Below, piece after piece: positions 38,901 through 47,707 of a stretch of DNA of 64,000 nt (its first letter is position 1; every line of letters starts with the position of its first letter). Under the pieces are notes generated by a model, which did not search any database, had not been told where the DNA came from, and saw only the letters and a program-made list of their open reading frames with translations. This DNA comes from a virus, in IMG/VR virus record IMGVR_UViG_3300031519_000002; one strand, given 5' to 3'. A program made the translations under genes and the position numbers.

Positions 38901-41900
38901 AGTATTGCAAATAGAAAAGTTGTAGTTTACAGACTAAACAATGCGAGCTTTGAGTATTCACAAATATTAGAACCGTTTAACATAACTGAAGACTTTGGAT
39001 CAACGATTGCAGTGTCAAATGACGGCACTAAGATTGCAGTTGGTGCTCCATTAAACAGTGACTTAGTAGACGGCGGCGGCTGTGTGTATTTGTATGTACA
39101 ATCAGGCAACACTTATGTTTACTCACAAACACTTCGTCCGGTGGATACTAGTAATAATACACAGTTTGGATCTAAACTTGATTTTGACGGTAGTACACTA
39201 GCAGTTACATCACGTGGCGGCGACAACATTACAGCAACTACATTCGATGCTAATACTACTTCGTTGGATAATGGATCAACTGAATTTACTATTGTAGACG
39301 CAGGTAGTGGTGTAATAAGTATATATGAAATTATAAACAATACATTATTGTACAGTCAGGACTTTGCATACAATCTTGACACACAAGATTTTGGTAACAG
39401 ACTAACAGTAAATAATAATCACATTTACGTTGGATTGCCAAAGCAACAAGTACCTAACAGTAGTATTTTAGATAAAGGATTAGTTGCAGAATATCGCAAG
39501 CCGATAGCTTCAACATCTTGGAAAACTTTAAGGTCTCCTGTAATTCCAGCTGATACTTCTAAGTTTAAAGGCGTATACTTATACAATAAAACAACTAATC
39601 AGCTAGTAACATACCTTGATTATATTGATCCAATACAAGGAAAAATTGCAGGCCCTGCAGAACAAGAAATTAGCTTCAAAACTAGTTATGATCCAGCATC
39701 GTATAACACAGCGTTAACAGCATCTGGATTAACTGCAAGAGAATTAGATTACACATCAGACAAATGGGTTGGAAAACTTTGGTGGGATATTGATAGTGCT
39801 AAATTTATCAATCATCATCAAGGAGATATTACAGAATCCTCTGCTAATTTTAATAAGTTATTTCCAAATACACAAATTGACGTTTATGAATGGATTGAAA
39901 GCACACTGTTACCGAGTGAATGGGATGGACAAGCTGATACCGAAGCAGGTATTGCAAAGAACATAAGCGGAACTACAAAGTATAGTGATAATGCATATAG
40001 TACTCGTAGAAGATACGACAGTGCAACACAGATCTTTACTACTTACTATTATTATTGGGTTAGAGCTAAAGCTACGCTACCTGAAATTGAAAATAGAGTA
40101 GTTACTTGTGCTGATGTAATTAGATATATTACTGACCCTGCATCAATGAATTACAAATTTGTTGCTATATTAGGTAATAATAAGTTTGCAATTCATAATT
40201 GCGAATCGTTTATTGAAAATACAAGTACTGCAATTAGCTTTAACTGGTGGACTATTGAAAACCAACAGCAACCTACACATATTCAATATCAGCTAGTTAG
40301 TGATGGTCATGTAACAAGTGTGCCTAATATTGGAATTGAAGAAAAATGGTTTGATAGTTTAGTAGGTCTTGATAAAAATGACAGACCAGTTCCGGATATT
40401 AATCTTTCAGTTAAAGAAAAATATGGAGCACTAAACGAACCTAGGCAGAGTTGGTTTATTAATAAAACTGAAGCAAGAAAACAATTTATAGAACGTGCTA
40501 ACAATGTATTAAGTAAGAACTTAGTAGTTGATGACTTTGATTTATCTAAACTAACACAGTTTGATCCACAGCCTACAATAGTTACAGGCAAATTTGATAC
40601 AACGGCTGACAGTTATGCAGAAATTGGATTTGTTAGTATTGCTAAAGTAAAACCAGCGGTATTAACACTTGAAGTTGAAAACGGTTCCGTTGTTAATGTA
40701 CAAATAGTTGATGGCGGACAAGGATATATTACTTCTCCTACATATAAAATTATTAATAAAGAAGGTACAGGAGCAGAATTAGAATTTACGTTAGATGTTA
40801 ACGGAACAATTTCAGCAGTTAATATTATTAACGCTGGTGCAAATTATACTTCTACTTTATCAATAACAGTTAGGCGCTTCTCAGTACTAGTTAAAAATGA
40901 CGAAAGTGTTGGGGGTAAATGGAGTGTTTATCAGTGGAACGGTAATGAGTACATTAGGACATTGACTCAGAGTTATGATGTTAACTTATATTGGAACTAC
41001 AAAGATTGGTATGCTACAACTTACAATCAATTTACATTTATAAATCATACAGTTGACTCAAGTTACCAAATATATGGGCTAGATGATGCTATTGGTGATG
41101 TTGTAAAAATTAACAGTGTTGGTACAGGCGGTTGGTTACTACTAAAGAAAGTAGACGACCAAGACACTGCTGACTATTCAGTTAACTACAATACTGTTGG
41201 TAGAGAAAATGGAACTATAGAATTTAAAAATTCATTGTATGATGTTACTAGTGCTAGTATTGCATACGACGGCGCAAGTTTTGATAAGTTATTTTATGAT
41301 ACGGAGCCAAATACTGAGTTTAGAAAAATATTAAGTATTCTAAAAAATAATATATTTGTTGATAACTTAGCAATTCACTGGAACGAATTATTTTTTGCAA
41401 GTTTAAGATACGTGTTTAGTGAACAGCCAAATGTTGACTGGGCGTTTAAAACTAGTTTTGTAACAGCCAAACACAACGTTGGAGAATTAGCACAGAAAAT
41501 TACATTCCAAAACGATAGTTTGCCAAGTTACCAAAACTATGTAGAAGAAATGAAACCTTATAAGACTAAGATAAGAGAATATTTAAGTTCTTATGAAAAA
41601 ACAGATCCAGCAAATAATACTATTACTGATTTTGACCTTACGCCGTATTATGACGAACAAGCAGGAAAGATTATTCCACAAAGCGTTCAAATTATTGACG
41701 GGAAAGTAGTGTCAGGATTGTCTGACATTGCTAATTATCCTAGCAAACATTGGTTAGACAATGCTGGCTTCCAGTTAACGTCAATAAGTATTGCAGATTC
41801 AGGCAGTGGCTACACTGATCCACCAAAAATTGTTATTAGCGGCGGCGGAGGCTCAGGAGCAACAGCACAAGCATATATTGGTAATCAAAAAGTTACTAGT

Positions 41901-44900
41901 GTAACAGTTACAAATTTAGGAAGCGGGTATCTGACAGCTCCGACTATCGAAGTAATAGGATCATTAATTGACGGAGGCACTGTAGCTAGGTTAAGTCCAA
42001 TACTTGGCGAAGGTAAAGCAAGGTCTGCACATATTAGATGTAAGTTTGACAGAGTATCTGGAACATATCTATTCCAGACATTACTAGAAACACAAACATT
42101 TACATCAGTACTTGATCAACAGAACTTTAATTTAAAATGGCCGATGCAGTTAAAGTCTACACAAATTACAGTTACAGTTGATGGACTAGAATCTCTAAGA
42201 AGTGAGTATAAATTTAGTAATATTAAAGACGTTACTAAAGGGTATACAAGAAGTGCCGGGCGTATTGCATTTACTACACCATTAAAATTAGGGCAAGTGG
42301 TAGTTATTACATATAACAAAGCTCCAGAGTTACTACAAGCACAAGATAGAATTAATTTGTATTATAACCCAATTACGGGGATGTACGGAAATGATCTTTC
42401 GCAACTAATAGGCGGCGTTGACTATGGCGGCGTTGAAGTATCTAGCTTTGATTTTGGAACAGGCTCGGGTTGGGATTCAGATGAATGGTTTACTACAACA
42501 TATGACACATTTGATACAACGTTTGAAGATGAAATATTCCAACTAGGCGATGATAGTACAAGAGTACTAAACTTTGGTGCTCCGCTAGAAACAGGTATAG
42601 TTTATAATGTTTATAAAAATGGCGTAAGACTTGACGATCCAAACTTTGGATTAGCTAGCCAAACAAACACTAATGCAGTTATTACTAGTATTACTGGTGC
42701 AAGTCAAACTGGTGTTGCATTATTTGATGATGGTGTTGAGTTAGCATCTGATATAATTGTATTTGATGAAGACATTATTAATACTGGCTCCGGAGATATT
42801 CTTGTATTTAGAAAGGCCACGTCAGATGGCGCATTCCTTCCAGATCCAAGATCATACGACACTGTGTTAAGCGGTGGCGATATGCAGTTTAGTACAGCTA
42901 AAGGATTTAACCCAGAAGAAATAATTATTGACGGTGACGGATTTGTTACTCCTACTACAAGCGGCGGACCTGAAGAGCAAGTTCCGGGACAAGTACAAGA
43001 TTCGGTTGATATCAAAGTATTCCACAGACCAAAAGAAGGCGGCAGTATACTATCAAGTAATTCTTATAGAACTGATGGTATTGAAACTATATTTGGGTTT
43101 GGCATAATTCCTCAAAACAAACATGGATTGTTTGTACGTATTGGTGATGCAATACAAGCTCAGTCTAGCTATACTGTAAACTATAAAAATAAAACTATTT
43201 CCTTTAATAGTGTTGTAAGTGCTAACCAAGATGTTAACATTATGTCAATTAGCGGAAACGGAAAAAATGTACTTGATCAAGGCGAATTTACAGGTGATGG
43301 ATGTACACTAGCTTATGTAACTAAAGTTCATTACACTAAGACATTAGATTATTATGTAACAGTTGACGGAGAAACCGTTGAAACAATAATGACATCATCG
43401 GGTGACAGTACTGAAAAAGATCCAAAGGCAATGTTTATATTTGGTAAAGCACCAGCAGACAATAGTGTTATTAACTTTGCAGTATACAGTTCAGTTGATT
43501 CTTTCAGTAAAATTGAAACAACTGAATTTACAGGTGACGGTAGTACAGCGGCATTTACACTAGCTAAGATTCCGTATAGTGCTAAGCCTAACAGTCACAA
43601 TGTAATTGTTAAACAAGGAAACAAAATTTTAAACCCAGGATATAATCAACAGTTTGATGTTACAACATCTGCAAGAGAGTATTTCTTAGAGATGTGGCAA
43701 ATACCAATTGGTAGTTTTGATAACAGCGATATACTTGTATTGCTTAACGGCAAAGAGCTTGTTATTGCAGTTGAGTACAACTTACGCCCGGCAAATAGTA
43801 GTATAATACTTGAGCCAGGAATCGGCAAAGACGGTGATATATTAGAAGTATATGTACGTAGTGATGGTGAATATGCATTTGGTAGTATACAAGTTATTGA
43901 TAATCAAAACACTTGGGTTGATAGCGGAGCACAGCTACAGTTAATAACTGCACCCGGCATAGGTGAGAAGATAACAGTTTATACATTTAATGATCATGCT
44001 AGTATGGACTTTGAAAGACAGAATTTTGATGTTGTTTCAAGATCAACATTAAGCGTTGGATCAGAAGATCATATACAGTTTAACCATATTAAAGCTGGCC
44101 TAGTTAAATTACGCTATCCGGCTATTGATGCACAGTACGTTTGGCTAACTATTAATGGCGTATTAAAAACTCCAAGTGTTGATTATAGACTTACAGATGA
44201 TAAACTTTTCTTAAAGTACAACGGATCATTTGCAGATGCTGACGTTGTTGAGGTTTTACAATTCAGTGCCCAGGGCGAGCTACAACCTAAGTTTGGGTTT
44301 AGCCAGTTTAAGGATATTTTAAATAGAAATATTTATAAACGCTTAGGAGACATTGCACCAATTAAACTAGCACAGCCTCTTAGTACGTTTGATAAAGAAA
44401 TTTACTTAGATGATGCAAGTAATATTGGTACTCCGGATAAAAATAGTAAAATACCAGGAATTTTGTTTATTAACGGCGAGCGTATTGAGTATCTAGTTAA
44501 GCAAGGCAATGTTCTTAGACAAATACAGCGTGGAACATTGGGAACTGGAGCACCGACAGTACACGAAGTAGGTAGCGATGTATACAATCAAGGACAGATG
44601 CAAACAGCACCTTATATGGACGAAACTATCATTAACGAACAAATTGGAGATAATTCTACAACAGTATTTGAATTAGCGTTTACTCCGAACTCAGTTAATG
44701 AATTTGAAGTATTTGTTGCAGGTAAACGGTTACGTAAAACTGCTATTAGTGTGTTTAATCCGCTATTGGATCAAGATAGTCCAGAAGCTGATGAAACAGT
44801 ACCAGCAGAGTTTAGCGTAGACGGAACCACACCATTTTTAACACTTTTAAACACTCCTGCAAATAATGCAAAGATTCAAATTGTTAGAAGACAAGGAAAA

Positions 44901-44990
44901 CGCTGGACAGAGCCTGGTATTTCACTAAATGATGCAGAAAGTTTAGTAGCACGGTTCTTTAAGGCAGAAAAGGTAGAGCTTCCCAAATAA
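29967..44990 (+). CDS. giant (5007 aa) virion structural protein, gp7-like baseplate wedge position
   Basis: Single uninterrupted ORF coupled to gp6 (TAATG). N-terminal LLPRYF motif, FG-GAP-like propeller repeats, CBM5/12-like modules, GxGYxxP repeats and FTGDG..F repeats. Confidence 0.75.
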   Translation: MAQDESPIPVNGESTNRNTADLLPRYFRTVANKKFLSSTLDQMMQPGVVEKVDGFIGRKDAKAFKAGDNYLQEVSDNRQNYQLEPVATITNNLGNTTFYRDYRDFTNSAKIRNTDNSNHSLFNSQEYYSWDPHVNFDKFVNFREYYWLPAGPNEVPVYGAARNITSTYNVKRQDNVDNNSYIFSDENIVSNPTLTLYRGQTYKFDVNTVDMPFSIRTTRDNEDTTNLYTTGINKNNIEKGVITWTVDLESPEYLYYVNGNDIEASGLIVIKDIRDNTELDVASAIIGKKTYTMQNGYALTNGMKVKFYGKITPEQYGKGSWYIEGVGDSIQLISEEDLVITADYLTDVSTEFDNQGFAALPFDDATSYATLKDYIVINRASKDRNQWSRYNKWTHRSVIENIATINNVPVVLDQNYRATRPIVEFDAGLKLFNFGTEAKTAVDLIDTVTKDVFSDIEGQTGYFVDGIELVTGMRVLFTADPDSFVSGKIYQVSFISQNGNTQISLKETTDTAPLQDETVLSKSGVKYKGKIFYYTGTTWQQAQDKTKVNQQPLFDLYNDEGTQLSALESSSFVGNKIFSYKVGMGANDTELGFPLSYRTIQNSGDIVFDFNLLSDTYRYDELAEVYTVSTDTALLKKYSNRTTFVNQSAWTTAPAKSQQLVVTQQVVTNERTNNFIVDVYNRSGDLNDLVVKVYVDNVRKRDGVDYTINRVNGYAYVTFNTNLVLNNSLVIKTSSSAAKTSNGYYEFPINFEKNPQNENVTTFTLGEVLDHVDSIVDNVDGFVGTYPGVSNLRDLGKVAPFGLKFVQHSGPINLALYNLTDKDYDAIEAMKYSGIEYIKFKREFLRVANDLGVDSTDKLHVDSVFATLNETKTNDDPFYFSDMIPHGGDSKVSHIIEDQSQTIFSLARGVDFTKLSQLAVLAYLNETQLVLNKDYTVSSSGFLTLVNAPTAGDILDVYEFPSTDGCWVPPTPTKLGLYPKFTPEIYLDDTYISESTDVAGPYKIYARDETTTLSYKGKVGWFYPLFTDEVSAQQEDLRNNGTGLAHTHVFAGTNTVFYMPSSNMNHATNDSQSYIEYPNAQAVLQGHDGSIWKCFGDFRDRLLLDLEKRIYNNLKLPYNESIVDIADFVESQNRKTGFTRKKISKTMISDFNRWLETVGTPDYVTNTYYKAGNGFTYYYGRAGNFANEPLSGFWRSIYKDLYNTDRPHSHPWEVLGLKEKPTWFESVYGSAPYSSNNLILWEDLANGIVREPNKKVTYRNKFKNAQIYNYIPVDESGNLLPPSQTGYAQGGIDSTYDSEFTFGDEAPVESAWRKSSHYPFSLMTAWALNQPAQFFGLAFDRSRIVRNGAEQLVYQDTSKRIELINLQFPNGVTDSNRVLTAGIVNYVQGYLASNQTLRFTEYKTNLTNIENKLASKIGGFTQKSKFRLILDARTPTNEGNVFVPEENYRIHLTKSIPLDVYSYSGMIVEITPSGYIVKGYDKDSPIFKYYPPRAKSNDPVITIGGISENFLIYTAGKRYETGQIVESSDSYFRVKVSHTAGDAFDAGNFQQLAELPIEGGASARISDTFVDTLSEVQYGTLYRDRQDVVDLMMGYQKYLTSVGFKFDNYNQTIQEIENWRLSAKEFLFWTTQNWETGTILTVSPSANTIAFGKPYTVVDDIYDNFYDYSLLKADGKRLLSDFATTERDNTNEFGLRVKNTQDGVYHLKIPVIQNEHVVIIDNSTVFGDVIYNRAQGYRQERIKVKGYRSDEWNGSYNIPGFIFDDAVVTEWLAWKDYSIGSLVKHKQYYYVASVNIVGSKTFNDSEFLILPKKPEQGLLPNLDYKAKQFADFFDLDSDNFDIEQQRLAQHTIGYQKRKYLENIITDDVSQFKFYQGAIQDKGTKNVLTKLFDKLGSASKDSLEFYEEWAIRAGRYGATDGDDQFDVLLNEATYRQEPQLVELVDVVDPQDTSLIYRLDRNNIYVKSKDYTHTPFPTKFFNDDNSYTQTAGYVNPSDVALSLLNYDDILTQDPVSVGTYIWTAKDKSGLSWSVYKSEKTDYKITEVTESQEDVFTITVNGVANFEAGEIISISSVDADTDGFYKVISASLNVVRLASTTDVVASSSTSGYVIKFVPARLPTLATANESIKADRNTQFSLTGNTSATSNLWVDDDDTGKWTVLQNKQVYELKSDIINTSLGLNFDSSEKDFGSAVSVTKNNNRIAITSPKDLNGSVYIFQRPSDNTDFGFLQQIDEQTLLFDSNGGFGQSVALSPDGKYLAIGSPHASNTKSKLKGDYANTLSYVTGDIVLYSSQLWKADRNIDADALQVFSNTASGQQSIVNDYVAFSQSYPTVEFMVRGDYALGTTEATDHILIRAEKEQFEGTKAGDILTLKWNNYITSAQAGTAPFNSDTTLTQAFIEGQHTIVSKVQNIAYIQSALSIPDVGSEITTATCRATIAYRKFNDENQMTVYVNNVNGVFEATGSIYSNGILVGAYETVLPITDDYYTGWWQVDVGSSFTTSNLTDTNPNLVVSNITLQNNAVNNPYFSNILDTKQLQSSATPTAASYIGILSHTQGQSNVQVVDSKWFVRTPLAHGNSLNVNDKVSMWLNEIRVNGLVQDPSAIGLTFTGTNKEQTIVDIWNGWTEVRLTNFDLNGDPFIPTVGAIVTDSASGNTATIAYVERAFSTVRLFLKDKSGPWALGSDFSANSNVSFIENDSTVRIIGPVSNTHLENTISGPLIIFDTGVNIPIVASGTNYLRDLEYWLYSDTVIQGINATAPPPSSINLDWERVYNLPLATNGYETNLTEQGTFAVYELKGSDYKLINYYTVPNSADFRKLGTKLKFVQPTNSSYKLFIHAEGNGTEGNQGRIYFVNKNATENWALSVQANYRGDFSQASPYYENEYVRVGDTVYKATTNLIPGMFNVSQWTAQTSGVDLLGYVPNDTNFSLVESTLEQANLEAFGTDFDVSLDGSVMISNSMYTSVYEIESGDAVLGLDSSIANRKVVVYRLNNASFEYSQILEPFNITEDFGSTIAVSNDGTKIAVGAPLNSDLVDGGGCVYLYVQSGNTYVYSQTLRPVDTSNNTQFGSKLDFDGSTLAVTSRGGDNITATTFDANTTSLDNGSTEFTIVDAGSGVISIYEIINNTLLYSQDFAYNLDTQDFGNRLTVNNNHIYVGLPKQQVPNSSILDKGLVAEYRKPIASTSWKTLRSPVIPADTSKFKGVYLYNKTTNQLVTYLDYIDPIQGKIAGPAEQEISFKTSYDPASYNTALTASGLTARELDYTSDKWVGKLWWDIDSAKFINHHQGDITESSANFNKLFPNTQIDVYEWIESTLLPSEWDGQADTEAGIAKNISGTTKYSDNAYSTRRRYDSATQIFTTYYYYWVRAKATLPEIENRVVTCADVIRYITDPASMNYKFVAILGNNKFAIHNCESFIENTSTAISFNWWTIENQQQPTHIQYQLVSDGHVTSVPNIGIEEKWFDSLVGLDKNDRPVPDINLSVKEKYGALNEPRQSWFINKTEARKQFIERANNVLSKNLVVDDFDLSKLTQFDPQPTIVTGKFDTTADSYAEIGFVSIAKVKPAVLTLEVENGSVVNVQIVDGGQGYITSPTYKIINKEGTGAELEFTLDVNGTISAVNIINAGANYTSTLSITVRRFSVLVKNDESVGGKWSVYQWNGNEYIRTLTQSYDVNLYWNYKDWYATTYNQFTFINHTVDSSYQIYGLDDAIGDVVKINSVGTGGWLLLKKVDDQDTADYSVNYNTVGRENGTIEFKNSLYDVTSASIAYDGASFDKLFYDTEPNTEFRKILSILKNNIFVDNLAIHWNELFFASLRYVFSEQPNVDWAFKTSFVTAKHNVGELAQKITFQNDSLPSYQNYVEEMKPYKTKIREYLSSYEKTDPANNTITDFDLTPYYDEQAGKIIPQSVQIIDGKVVSGLSDIANYPSKHWLDNAGFQLTSISIADSGSGYTDPPKIVISGGGGSGATAQAYIGNQKVTSVTVTNLGSGYLTAPTIEVIGSLIDGGTVARLSPILGEGKARSAHIRCKFDRVSGTYLFQTLLETQTFTSVLDQQNFNLKWPMQLKSTQITVTVDGLESLRSEYKFSNIKDVTKGYTRSAGRIAFTTPLKLGQVVVITYNKAPELLQAQDRINLYYNPITGMYGNDLSQLIGGVDYGGVEVSSFDFGTGSGWDSDEWFTTTYDTFDTTFEDEIFQLGDDSTRVLNFGAPLETGIVYNVYKNGVRLDDPNFGLASQTNTNAVITSITGASQTGVALFDDGVELASDIIVFDEDIINTGSGDILVFRKATSDGAFLPDPRSYDTVLSGGDMQFSTAKGFNPEEIIIDGDGFVTPTTSGGPEEQVPGQVQDSVDIKVFHRPKEGGSILSSNSYRTDGIETIFGFGIIPQNKHGLFVRIGDAIQAQSSYTVNYKNKTISFNSVVSANQDVNIMSISGNGKNVLDQGEFTGDGCTLAYVTKVHYTKTLDYYVTVDGETVETIMTSSGDSTEKDPKAMFIFGKAPADNSVINFAVYSSVDSFSKIETTEFTGDGSTAAFTLAKIPYSAKPNSHNVIVKQGNKILNPGYNQQFDVTTSAREYFLEMWQIPIGSFDNSDILVLLNGKELVIAVEYNLRPANSSIILEPGIGKDGDILEVYVRSDGEYAFGSIQVIDNQNTWVDSGAQLQLITAPGIGEKITVYTFNDHASMDFERQNFDVVSRSTLSVGSEDHIQFNHIKAGLVKLRYPAIDAQYVWLTINGVLKTPSVDYRLTDDKLFLKYNGSFADADVVEVLQFSAQGELQPKFGFSQFKDILNRNIYKRLGDIAPIKLAQPLSTFDKEIYLDDASNIGTPDKNSKIPGILFINGERIEYLVKQGNVLRQIQRGTLGTGAPTVHEVGSDVYNQGQMQTAPYMDETIINEQIGDNSTTVFELAFTPNSVNEFEVFVAGKRLRKTAISVFNPLLDQDSPEADETVPAEFSVDGTTPFLTLLNTPANNAKIQIVRRQGKRWTEPGISLNDAESLVARFFKAEKVELPK

Positions 44991-44993
44991 ATA
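44988..44993 (+). promoter_or_regulatory. late promoter overlapping stop codon
   Basis: AAA TAAATA CAGT at the end of the 5007-aa gene. Confidence 0.55.
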
Positions 44994-45011
44994 CAGTATA
45001 GGAAAAAGGTA

Positions 45012-45623
45012 ATGATGGATAACATAAAAGAAGAAAACGGAGTTATGCTCCAAGGACACATTAAGATTTCTAACCCAGAAACGGGCGAAGTTATTGTGGA
45101 TAAACGTAATGCAATCCATTACGAGAATATGAGTATATCACTTGCTGAAAGTTTAGCTAATGCTGGACAGGGTACTATCTACCAAATGGCATTTGGTAAT
45201 GGTGGTACAAGCATTGACCCAACAGGGATCATAACGTACCTTACTCCAAACAGCACAGGGACAAACGCTAGTCTTTATAATCAAACATTTATTAAAGTAG
45301 TTGATGACAGAAGCGTTAATAATACAGACCCTGCAAGAAATAAGATTGAAACAAGGCATGTAAGCGGAACAAATTACACAGATATTGTAGTAAGTTGTTT
45401 ACTTGATTACGGTGAGCCTAGTGGACAAGATGCTATTGATAACGCAACCAATGCTGATAGCTTGTATGTGTTTGATGAGTTGGGACTAGTTAGTTACCTT
45501 CCATCAGGACAAGGCAGATTGTTAACACATGTAATTTTCCACCCAGTACAAAAGAGTTTGAATAGACTTATTCAAATTGACTATACTGTGCGTGTACAAA
45601 GTTTATCGGGGTTTAACGAATAA
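45012..45623 (+). CDS. putative baseplate/fibre attachment protein
   Basis: 203 aa, MAFGNGG, FDELGL and LLTHVIFHPVQKS motifs; sits between the wedge and fibre genes. Confidence 0.55.
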   Translation: MMDNIKEENGVMLQGHIKISNPETGEVIVDKRNAIHYENMSISLAESLANAGQGTIYQMAFGNGGTSIDPTGIITYLTPNSTGTNASLYNQTFIKVVDDRSVNNTDPARNKIETRHVSGTNYTDIVVSCLLDYGEPSGQDAIDNATNADSLYVFDELGLVSYLPSGQGRLLTHVIFHPVQKSLNRLIQIDYTVRVQSLSGFNE

Positions 45624-47704
45624 TGGCATATACAATTAACTACTCAGACAGTAACAAAGGTATTATTTCAATTGAAGATAGTACAATTAATCAGCAAACC
45701 AGTCTAGATATTCCTGGACGTAACACTACTAGTTATGGGTCAGTTATTGCCGAGAACTTCTTAAAACAATTAGAAAACTTTGCTAATACTACGGCGCCTA
45801 GAAATCCAATTCAAGGACAACTATGGTATGATAGTTCAACTGGTGTTGATACACTTAAACTGTACGATGGCACAGTTTGGAGTAATGCTAGTGGACTTAA
45901 AAAGGGAAGTACTGCACCTGACGTAGCAAATGCACTAACAGGCGATCTTTGGTCAGATACAGACAACAATCAGTTATATATTTTTACAGGTAGTGGTTGG
46001 ACATTAGTTGGACCAGAATATAGTGATGGTCTTTTAACTGGGGCAAAGCCAGTTATTATAACAGGTAAAGATGAAGTACTTTATACTATATTACAACTTG
46101 AAGTTTCGGGTTCTCCGTTAGCAATTTATTCTACAAGAACCTTCCAGCCAAAAAGTACAATCGCAGGATTTACAATAATTCAACCAGGACTGAACCTTTC
46201 AACAGCTAACATCAGTGGCGACGGAGTTAGTAAGTATCTTGGCACTAGTGAAAAAGCAGAAAACTTAATTGTATCCGGAGCAAGTGTTGCGGCAAGTAAT
46301 TTCTTACGTGGAGACGTTGCAAGTACATCAACACAGAAATTAACAATTAGTAACAACTCGGGAATACAAGTTGGGCAAGATGCTATTGTTACTTTAGACG
46401 TTCAAGGAACTTCGGGAGTTGTTACTAACTTAACATCAGGTGCTCCAATTGACTTTAAAGTTAACAACTTAGGTGTACAAAAAAATGTTATTAGAATTGA
46501 CTCGACTGAAAAAGTTGGCATTAACACACTAAGCCCAGCTGAAGCATTAGACGTAGCAGGATCAATTCAAACAAGTGCAAACTTAATTGTACAGGGTACA
46601 ACAGATAGTTCTAGTATTGGTACAGGTGCTGTTAAAATTAGCGGCGGTGTAGGCATTGCTAAAAAGCTATTTGTCGGAACAGATTTTAGTGTTGCAGGGT
46701 CAACCACCAGTGGAGCAATTACTCCTATATCAACACAGAGTTATGCACTAGGTAGCACAACAAAACGTTGGTCAACTGTACATGCAGTTGAATTTAGAGG
46801 TAACTTAATTGGTAACATTACTGGTACAGTTACAGGTGGCGCGGCAAATGCTAACAAACTTACAAGCGCAAGTACATTTGAGCTTTCAGGTGATGTGAGT
46901 TCTAATCAAATTACTTTTGACGGCCAAATAGGCGGCACAACAAAAACATTTACAACATCAATTAGTAATACATTTATTGCTAACAAAACATTAGCTACAG
47001 TACCAAACACAGACGATGAAATTATTATTAACAGAATTTCAGGTGATGATACTGGAGTATTTAAGATATCACAAGCCGCACTAGTAAGCAGTGTACCTAC
47101 AATACCAGTTGGTTCGTTAATGCCATTTGGCGGCATTAACACCCCGGATGGATGGTTAGTGTGCGATGGATCAGAAGTTAGAATTTCTGACTATTTAACG
47201 TTATATAACAGTATACAATACCAATTTAAAGACCAAAGTCAAGTATCATCGGGATTCTTTGGACTTCCGGACTTTAGAGGTAGATTTGCACTTGGTGCTG
47301 ATAACTTAGGTGGCGCTAGTGCAAACAGAGTTTCAGATGCTAACGCTGATACAGTAGGTCTTGGATCTGGTGTTGAAAGTAGAGTAATTGATGTTAAAAA
47401 CTTACCAGAACATGAGCATGATTTAAGATCACCAAAAGGTGCCCAGTTTTATGTAATGCTTGACGATAGTGGTACACAGCAAGATGCTGACACATTACCG
47501 TATGATGCACCCACTGGTTCGCAAGCTGGACAAGCTCGTACATCATCAGGTGGTGTGTTAAACAGACGAAACATTACTTATAATTCAGTTACGGGACTTG
47601 AAGAATACGAAACATTTGATGTTACGGAACTTGGAACACCATATAACGTGATGAACCCATTCTTAACAGTAAGTTACATTATCTATACAGGAGTTGGGGG
47701 CTAA
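45623..47704 (+). CDS. tail fibre-like protein with tail collar domain
   Basis: Collar motif PVGSLMPFGG..PDGWLVCDGSEV...LY..I...FGLPDFRGRFALG and C-terminal NVMNPFLTVSYIIY. Confidence 0.8.
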   Translation: MAYTINYSDSNKGIISIEDSTINQQTSLDIPGRNTTSYGSVIAENFLKQLENFANTTAPRNPIQGQLWYDSSTGVDTLKLYDGTVWSNASGLKKGSTAPDVANALTGDLWSDTDNNQLYIFTGSGWTLVGPEYSDGLLTGAKPVIITGKDEVLYTILQLEVSGSPLAIYSTRTFQPKSTIAGFTIIQPGLNLSTANISGDGVSKYLGTSEKAENLIVSGASVAASNFLRGDVASTSTQKLTISNNSGIQVGQDAIVTLDVQGTSGVVTNLTSGAPIDFKVNNLGVQKNVIRIDSTEKVGINTLSPAEALDVAGSIQTSANLIVQGTTDSSSIGTGAVKISGGVGIAKKLFVGTDFSVAGSTTSGAITPISTQSYALGSTTKRWSTVHAVEFRGNLIGNITGTVTGGAANANKLTSASTFELSGDVSSNQITFDGQIGGTTKTFTTSISNTFIANKTLATVPNTDDEIIINRISGDDTGVFKISQAALVSSVPTIPVGSLMPFGGINTPDGWLVCDGSEVRISDYLTLYNSIQYQFKDQSQVSSGFFGLPDFRGRFALGADNLGGASANRVSDANADTVGLGSGVESRVIDVKNLPEHEHDLRSPKGAQFYVMLDDSGTQQDADTLPYDAPTGSQAGQARTSSGGVLNRRNITYNSVTGLEEYETFDVTELGTPYNVMNPFLTVSYIIYTGVGG

Positions 47705-47707
47705 AAC

